In this document: positions 34,951 to 42,629 of the stretch, piece after piece
Numbering within the stretch: the stretch's first letter is position 1
How the letters are laid out: each line of letters starts with the position of its first letter
Source of the DNA: Nemertoderma westbladi
Lineage: Eukaryota > Animalia > Xenacoelomorpha
Reading direction: 5' to 3'
DNA: 42,629 bases
Assembly: GCA_032718475.1 (NCBI GenBank)
Contig: JAUCBJ010003956.1
Location: forward strand, 1 to 42,629
Made by a program: the position numbers and the translations under genes
The notes under the pieces: generated by a model
Told to the model about the DNA's origin: nothing
The model's input: the letters and a program-made list of their open reading frames with translations, nothing else
The model's database searches: none

Positions 34951-34967
34951 GAACCTGTCAATTAGGA

Positions 34968-35441
34968 TGTGGTACAGTATGTGCTGTTTAGGCTGTAGTA
35001 GAGTATGTGCTTTTTAGGCTGTGGTACAGTATGTGCTGTTTAGGCTGTGGTACAGTATGTGCTGTTTAGGCTGTAGTACAGTCTGTTGTGCTGTTTAGGC
35101 TGTGGTACAGTATGTACTGTTTAGGCTGTGGTACAGTATGTGCTGTTTAAGCTATGGTACATTATGTACTGTTTAGGCTGTGGTACAGTATGTGCTGTTT
35201 ATGCTGTGGTACAGTATGTGCTGTTTAGGCTGTGGTACGGTATGTGCTGTTTAGGCTGTGGTACGGTATGTGCTGTTTAGGCTGGGGTACGGTAAGTGCT
35301 GTTTAGGCTATGGTACAGTATGTACTGTTTAGGCTGTGGTACGGTATGTGCTGTTTAGGCTGTGGTACAGTATGTGCTGTTTAGGCTGTGGTACGGTATG
35401 TGCTGTTTAGGCTGTGGTACGGTATGTGCTGTTTAGACTGT
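34968..35441. repeat. 26-bp minisatellite (TGTGGTACAGTATGTGCTGTTTAGGC), about 18 copies
   Basis: Directly visible array. Confidence 0.96.
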
Positions 35442-38026
35442 AACTAAAGTGGCTGTTAATGAGATCAACAGTGATTACTCATAACCAGGACTCTGCTATT
35501 TGCAATTTGCTATTCTACTCTATGGGATCCGTGAAGCTGCAAAAAGCGATTGGCCCTATGACTATGAAAAGCTTGTTCTATCAGTGGCCAATGGAATTAG
35601 TGATAATGAACAAGATAACCCAATTGACAAAGCAACAAAACCCAATTGAGCATCACATCACTGGCAAATAAACCTCTAATTCCCTCCATCATCGCACGTA
35701 TGTTGGTGTCAGGATACACAACAAATCAAAGCCACAAACCACCATAATATAGCAACAACATCACAGTTCTGTCACATTCTCGTTGAATTGTTATAATTTG
35801 TCGTTATTGGCAGCTTTTTACTTACACGTCTTATTCGACTACAACAGTATACAATTAATACTCACTGCGCGCATACGAGGAATGCTTTAATATGCAAAAG
35901 ATTTAATAAAGCATTAAATTGAAAAGCCTATAATCGATACTGGTCACTTTAATAGTAAATAGTAATTAAGGATGCAAGTATCAATAATCCACGTCACCAC
36001 CCACTCATACTCTAGTTGTTTAGTACACTAAAATCGAGTGATAATGGTTTTTGGGACTGTTACTGTATGTTTGCTAAAGGCTGCTGGTATAAAGTTAGTC
36101 ATTGTGTTGCGTTTGTGACATTCGTTAGTTACAGTCACAGCCCATTAAGAGGGATTGATTAATGCATGTAACAGAACGCCTTTACAACTGTCAAGTAACT
36201 GGTTCTAAGAACACATAATTAATTATTACGTTTACAAAATACCCTTTGTGGTGTACAGTAGTATATATACTATGTTAGGCTAAGGGTTAGGCTTCTTCCA
36301 CTAATCCTCATCTCTGTAACTCCAACTTGTCCAAGTGTTCCTTTTTATACTGTACTTACTTTCAAGGGTTCCTTTATGTGAGTCTTTGTTAACTACGCCT
36401 TTAAGTTAAAAGGAAAGTTTCAATACAACAATAGTAATTGCTCACAATTAATATTATTATTACTTACTGATGCGTATAAAGTTGCTCTGTATGGTTATAA
36501 TGTATTCATACTGTATCGTGCAAACTGAAGAGTGTTATTGCGTTGCGCAGAGGTGCTTCCCTAATGGTAATGTGTATATCATATAAGAATAAACATTATA
36601 GGATGGATATCATCAATGAACCTTGTATATGCTAAGCTAATATAATATTCTTACTAATGTACGTGGCCAGGGTGTATGTTTACTTGTCGAAATGACTTGC
36701 CATTCATTAGGCAATGGTCAGTGGTGAAGTAGCTGTAGTAGTTGACAAAAGAGGAAGAATAAGAAACAGTACAAGACCTTGTTAAATATTTTACTGCAGT
36801 AAAATAAAGTACGATTCCATTCGTGTAAAACTGTAAACTATAAAAAGTTCATGAAGGGTAATTCAGCATTGTTAATAATCACATCTATTAACTAATAGCT
36901 ATTAAACCTAATGAATTGGTAAAGTATTAATTAATGAATACTCTGATAAGCTGTAAACTATACTATTATTAAGTACAAACGATTCTGAGTTGCTCAAACA
37001 AATGACAGTGTGTTTATTCTATTGTACATAAGATAACCCAATTAATTTGATGAATTCTCAATATTTGTGGCACTACATATCAATATGTTCCTTATCTTTC
37101 GTTCATTTCTATGTAAACTTTGTTCACCGAAGCTCTACAAAAGTGGTCTCAGTAGTGTGGGTGAATAATAGAATATGAGATAATAGAAATAGGAGAAAAT
37201 TCCAAAAAGAAAATTATATCGAGATTATGAGTGATTTGAAACTCATTCATCCAAACTAGAAAACCCAATGCCCTTCATTATTGCACACCGCCAACTAATA
37301 TAAATCGCTATTAGCTTAAGCCACCTGTCGAAAGCAAAATAAAGCGACGTGGACACGCATGTTTAATAAAGTGTATACTTAAATTTATCCGGAGGCCGAC
37401 CAGTGAGTGTTGGGTAAAGAAAGCGGACTCGTGGATTACGCTCGGCAGGTTTGTCAATACCTTATACATTTCTCTAGCGCAGTTCTATCGATTTGTCCTC
37501 AACTGCTGCCTCTGCTGTAGTAGGTGGAAGGAGCCTTGTCAGTCTGCGATATCGAATCGAAATATGTAGATAAAGTTAGGCCTTTCCCACGTCCATTGTC
37601 CTACATTTCCTGTCATCCTATATAGATTATCTTAAATTAAAATTAAATTTTGTGGGTGAGTGATGGACTATATATCATATGAAATATAATGTATGATAGT
37701 GGGATAATACACTCCATACCGAAAAATATCAACTGACACTGAAGGAAACACTGTTGTGTATGTATTACGCCCAGATGAATTTTTGCAAGGAGTCGGGGAT
37801 ATAGGCGATAGGTGGTGGTTGGATTTATTATATTTTTTCATTTATGTGGTTCATATCAAACACAACCCATTCCTATGTAGTAAACTTAAGTGGCAGCGTA
37901 ATGGTACCACAAAACAGAAGAACCAGAGGTAACTGGTGATTGGTTAAATGCATGTGTGGGTTATCAGTAGATTATTATATATTTCGGATTTTATTATTAT
38001 GGTAACTTGTAAGGTTTTTTACTATT

Positions 38027-38384
38027 TAAATATACAATGTAAATAGGACAATATGATAATGCTCTTCAAAGCGAAAAATATCAACCGGCCCTATTGGGGC
38101 TCGAACCCGGTACCTACAGTAGGTTTCAAACTTACGGTTATCATCAGCCGGGTGTGTGTACTGAGCTACCAGATCGGATGAAGATTTCACTATGGAGTGG
38201 GATATCATATTTAGGCCAACTAATAACTCAAAGGAAAGTACAACTTCGTTATTCCCGTGCTCTGCCAGAAATGGCAACCATGCGTCAATGGTACCGGGTA
38301 CCGGGTTCGAGCCCCAATAGGGCCGGTTGATATTTTTCGCTATGGAGAGCATTATCATATTGTCCTATTTACATTGTATATTTA
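38027..38384. mobile_element. Palindromic element with 88-bp arms containing tRNA-type B boxes
   Basis: Arms 38027-38114 and 38297-38384 are reverse complements with 2 mismatches. Each arm contains GGTTCGAGCCC pointing outward. Confidence 0.85.
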
Positions 38385-38487
38385 TTACACCGCGTCACTC
38401 ACCCCTCAACAATTAACTTATTATTATTTTTTACTATTTGCATTTTAACAATTCAACCAAATATATAATTTAATATTAACTGTTGTT

Positions 38488-39190
38488 AGTTCCAATTAAA
38501 ACGAATTTAGTTCCAAAATAAATTTTACAAAGCGAACTTGGTTCCAATCGAGGCAAACTTAGTTCCAATCCCAGAATATCAAAACGAACTTAGTTCCAAT
38601 GCATGAGAATTTAGTTCCAATGTATGCGAATTTAGTTCCAATGCATGCGAATTTAGTTCCAATGGAAGCGAATTTAGTTCCAATGGGTACGAACTTAGTT
38701 CCAATGTTTCAATCGTGGGGATAGCCACGTAGTAGGCGAAGCCTATTGCGTATTACCACTATTTGGGGTGGGTCAGGGTCAACAATAATTGTAAATATAT
38801 ATTAATCACTATATTTACCAGTTGTTTCGGTTTAGGTGGATGGGCGTTGATTGGGTTAGGCGGTTGGGCGTAGTTTGGGATAAGATTGTTTTGGTTAGGA
38901 AGTTGGGCGTTTTGGGTTAGTTATTTACAATTGTTATTTAACAATCCACCTAATAATGTCATTAAACAGATTCTTCGCCAACTACGTGGATCGCCCCAAC
39001 ATTGGAACTAAATTCGCTTCCATTGGAACTAAATTCGCATCCATTGGAACTAAATTCGCATACATTGGAACTAAATTCGCTTCCATTGGAACTAAGTTCG
39101 CCTAAATTGGAACTAAATTCGCCAAAATTGGAACTAAATTCGTTTCCATTGGAACTAAATTCGCATGAGGTTTAAATTGGAACTAAGTAC
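38488..39190. mobile_element. Foldback element: inverted 21-bp arrays (GAATTTAGTTCCAAT..) around a nested MITE
   Basis: The left array (38488-38705) reads TTAGTTCCAAT and the right array (39001-39190) reads ATTGGAACTAA. Confidence 0.85.
38717..38997. mobile_element. MITE with about 25-bp TIRs
   Basis: GGGGATAGCCACGTAGTAGGCGAAG vs reverse complement GGGGCGATCCACGTAGTTGGCGAAG; internal GGGTTAG-like repeats; no TSD seen. Confidence 0.75.
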
Positions 39191-41410
39191 GGGGAATCGT
39201 CGAGAACGTATTACAATTAGAAATGGACTTCAGGTGTAATTTATAATGTAAAAATAAAGTATGCAGGGAATTCCTAAGGGAATTCCTTGCTACCCTAAAA
39301 ATGTAAGTAACAATTTGTACAGCTTCAGAGACCACTAGCGGCAGACAGCCAGATAACAATTACTATGTGTTGAATGATCCTGAAATTAAATCCACGCCTT
39401 GTGAGTTTGCGTTAAGAATTTGAGTCATACTAGCATAATTTTCATATTTTTATAGTTAATTGTTTCATAGAGTCCAGCCAAATTTAAACTAAAAAACCCC
39501 TATATTGTTATTAGTTACAATGAACGGTTTTTATGAAACATATGGTAATTATAATAGCTTTGCATTCATTGTAGCATAATCAATCAGAGTTTGTGTAGAG
39601 AACATCTGACATCCCACAATGCGTTTCTCGGAGAAATCGATTCGGCAAAAACTTCGTATAGAAAATATAATAACTAACTGTATTGAATTTGCAGCAACTA
39701 TAACGTATTTAAACGGAATTCAATTAATTGTCGAGACTATTCAAAAAGCTGTTTTTATCGATGAAAAGGCCTTCTTGTAATTATGGGTGTAATTCTGGTG
39801 GTATTGATTATATAGGAAATTCCGTTGGCGGTTAGGTAGAGAGATGTATCTTAATGAGACCCATTTCGGCGACGTTACAGTCATATTTAGTAAAGAACGC
39901 CAATGCCAATCCCATAATAATTATATTACATTAGTAGTAATACGACGAAGCTTATAACGCGTGTCCCACAGAATATAGGCGAGATTATGGGAAGAAATAC
40001 TGTACATACTGTATAACATATGTACCGGTACATGGGTGCATATGTGTAAACGATGTAAATGCTATAAACAAAAATACAGGACATCTTGCCCTGCGGTGGT
40101 GTTATACCGCGCGCTTTACTAATGGAACACAGTCATATTTACTTTATCCATAAACTTACACTTATGTAAGTTTATGGAACTTACGGGTTATTATTTGAAT
40201 ATTTTATGGATCCCTGTCCAGCTGGTTTCGTTCAATATTTATAAATAAAAAAAAGGCGAAGTATGTCGAAGCTGCAGACTAATTTCAAAAAAGTTACATA
40301 TATATTCAACAACCATATGTAGGCATTACTGATTCTTGATAACACACAGCCAGCCATATAGCCCTACAGATAATAATACTATTTGAAGACTGTTTTCCAG
40401 TATCAAACTTGAACATTCAATGTGTTACTGTACATAGTGCAGAAATTTTTCATTAAGACACTGACGAAATCAAATGGAACAACGAATTGACGGTTGTTAC
40501 AAAGACTACTAAGGCGCTAAACATAAAACCCATGACAAACGCCGAGCTTTATGTTACAGACTACCATTAAAAGGGATACTGCAGTTGAGAGAAACGAAAT
40601 TGCGACGACCGTGGAGAATTGTGGAGCCTGGAAGGATCTCATTTCCACTGACAGAGATCACTCGACCAGGTAGTGTAGTCGTACATTTTTAGAAATAAAT
40701 ATGAAAATATGATTACAAACTTAATACCTTGTTACCTTAATAACTTGTTAATTTATGAATTAAAGTATGACAGTGTGTATTGTAAATTATTGCATTCCTT
40801 TAAAAACTTTTATATACAAACCGAACACACGCCGCTGGGTGGTGTTGGGCAATTCCAACACTATATAATGCATCGATATTATCTTTCCTTTAAATTAATA
40901 TACAGTATTGTAGTGGCAGAAAGCTAATATTTGGTAGAATGGTACATAGAATGGTGTCTGTGTGCAAATTTATGGACAATCACCGGCAATCCCCGAAACA
41001 ATGCCTCGCCAAATATCCCTCTCAACCAAACCATAGTTGCCAGATTGCTTGCATAATGATTGTCAGTTGTCTTCTATAGCTGTTGATCCCTATTGATAAG
41101 CTGTGTTAAAATTTCTGGGCTTCGTATCGATTGTGTCCGACGGAACATCAACCATTCCATCGCTGGTGACCCACAGCTTTTATCATAGTACTGTATATTA
41201 CCAGATTGTATCGTCGCCCCAATCAGAATTTTTATTTATAATGAAGTCCAAGAACATAGGCCGCCAAGATAGTGGGGACTATGGGGCTAGCGCCTCTTGC
41301 TCTACAAAACTTGAAATAAATCTGTGTTTCCCTCTGAAGTGAAAAAGTTTTAGTTTCAGTTTTAGTTTTTTACATACTCTGGTATGTAAAATACATTTTA
41401 CATACACTAA

Positions 41411-41689
41411 GGTTCCACCTTGGTGTAGTGGTTGCATTGAATTCACATCTCCCTTAGGTCGTGGGTTCGATCCTCACATGGGGCAGGGCGGTTTTCGTTT
41501 CGGCACGAATGCTTTAAAGGGACCAGCCAGGGCGCATCTCTGCCTTGCATCCTTAAGTAGTAGCTAAATGAGTACTGGAGTTTCCTCTGGGGAGTAAAGT
41601 TCTGGGGGGACCGCACTAGAAATAAGTTGTCAGACTTTGTGCGTAACCCTGGCCTAGTGGCCGAAGAAGATTTACTTTACTTTACTTTT
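41411..41689 (+). mobile_element. tRNA-derived SINE with Deu/Nin-like central domain and (TTTAC)n tail
   Basis: A box TGGTGTAGTGG (41421), B box GGTTCGATCCT (41464), core CTCTGCCTTGCATCCTT...TAAATGAGTAC, tail at 41671-41689, and flanking direct repeat ATACTCTGGTA. Confidence 0.88.
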
Positions 41690-41769
41690 ATACTCTGGTA
41701 CTAACACACCTACCGGTAAGGTTTTTTATTCAACGCGCTTGATAAATAAATAAATATAATTCGTAATTA

Positions 41770-42200
41770 TTGGTTACTCAAGCTTCTACTTCAATTGAAG
41801 TTAAAAACGAATGTTATGGATCCGTAATGCATTGATCTAATCACATCAATGATTTCATCTGGAATACTGTATGCTTGTAATATTCTACAAATATTATTGG
41901 CTTAATGATCAGCAATAAGTGCATCATCAACTTGCTCTTTGCCTAGTTACTTTTTGATTAATAAAATTCTGCTTTGATTAGGCTCTCTACTGACGGTTGC
42001 TTCCACAGTTTTACTTGTTGAGCCAGAGTTAGTTAGTTTGATCCTGTATTTTTCCTGAGCTGTTGCTTGTGACTTGCAGTATTTCATTATGTGGTTGGGC
42101 CGAGGAATATCTCCTTCCACATATTTATATCAATTTTTGAAATCTTCTTTCTTTAACTACTTTCTTTCTTTCGGAAACTACTTTCTTCAGCTGCAAATGG
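41770..42200 (-). mobile_element. Highly degraded RTE-like LINE remnant
   Basis: Minus-strand ILQAYSIPDEIIDVIRSMH resembles the RTE RT motif ILxxYGIPxxIIxxI; the extent is uncertain. Confidence 0.45.
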
Positions 42201-42629
42201 TGTATATCACTGTGATCCCGTTCATCATTGATCAAAGAAGTTTTTTAAAATTCATGTCAGTTGAAAACAGTTTGTATATAAGGAGGAAATTGTACATGGC
42301 ACTGAACTCATGTTGGCATTGTTGCCATACACTCAATGGTTAGGTGTTGCCATGAGCTACTGGATTGGTCATGAAAGCATGGGTCACAACGGATTGGATA
42401 TGATAGTGAAAATCGTGTACATGCTATATCTCGAGCATCAGCAACGCTGGTTGGCAAATAGCAGACAATGATCACCAATTTGGGGGATTTTTTAGCAAGT
42501 CTATTTTTTTATTTTGTTTACAGTGGTAATTATTTTTTCCCCACCCATTGAATGAAAATTTCCTGAGTAATCAGAACATCGACATTTCGTATAAATGAAT
42601 ATTTTCGTGAATTTTCGTAGCGATATTTT

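Noticed and set aside
35700-38000. Possible gene or LTR in AT-rich sequence
   Set aside because: No ORF, splice pattern or paired LTR could be supported.
39590-41340. Coding-like patches (Cys-rich CKRCKC near 40040; minus-strand block 40930-41340)
   Set aside because: Multiple stops in all frames and no family recognisable by eye; a tBLASTx/HMM search would be needed.
41411-41485. tRNA gene
   Set aside because: A and B boxes are present but there is no proper cloverleaf, and it continues into a SINE body and tail.

Overview
Repeat-rich eukaryotic (most likely invertebrate animal) genomic DNA. It is not prokaryotic, and no CRISPR, rRNA or true tRNA genes are supported. There are two intact host genes: an intronless COP9 signalosome subunit 8 (COPS8, 6396-7028, +) and a two-exon Kelch-like 12 (KLHL12, 21820-21446 + 20137-18719, -). 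Almost everything else is nested transposable-element debris and minisatellites: a decayed Academ-type transposase, a CR1 LINE split by a Sola1-like element (removing it restores the CR1 frame), at least five RTE LINE copies, a Gypsy pol remnant, a Helentron/DINE-like element, a tRNA/Nin-domain SINE, several MITEs, and 20-42 bp tandem arrays, many with palindromic units. The best candidate for an undescribed system is at about 3560-5940. There an IS3EU-like DDE transposase remnant (+) converges on a HECT E3-ligase C-lobe remnant (-, absent from the ORF track), and the pair is bracketed by two palindromic 22-bp arrays. This suggests a decayed DNA transposon carrying ubiquitin-ligase cargo. Other notable items are a perfect pre-miRNA-like hairpin, a palindromic element with Pol III B boxes in both arms, RFX X-box motifs carried by the Academ element, and over-represented TA-x-TA motifs resembling excision footprints. 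All family calls come from motif recognition by eye; no searches were run.
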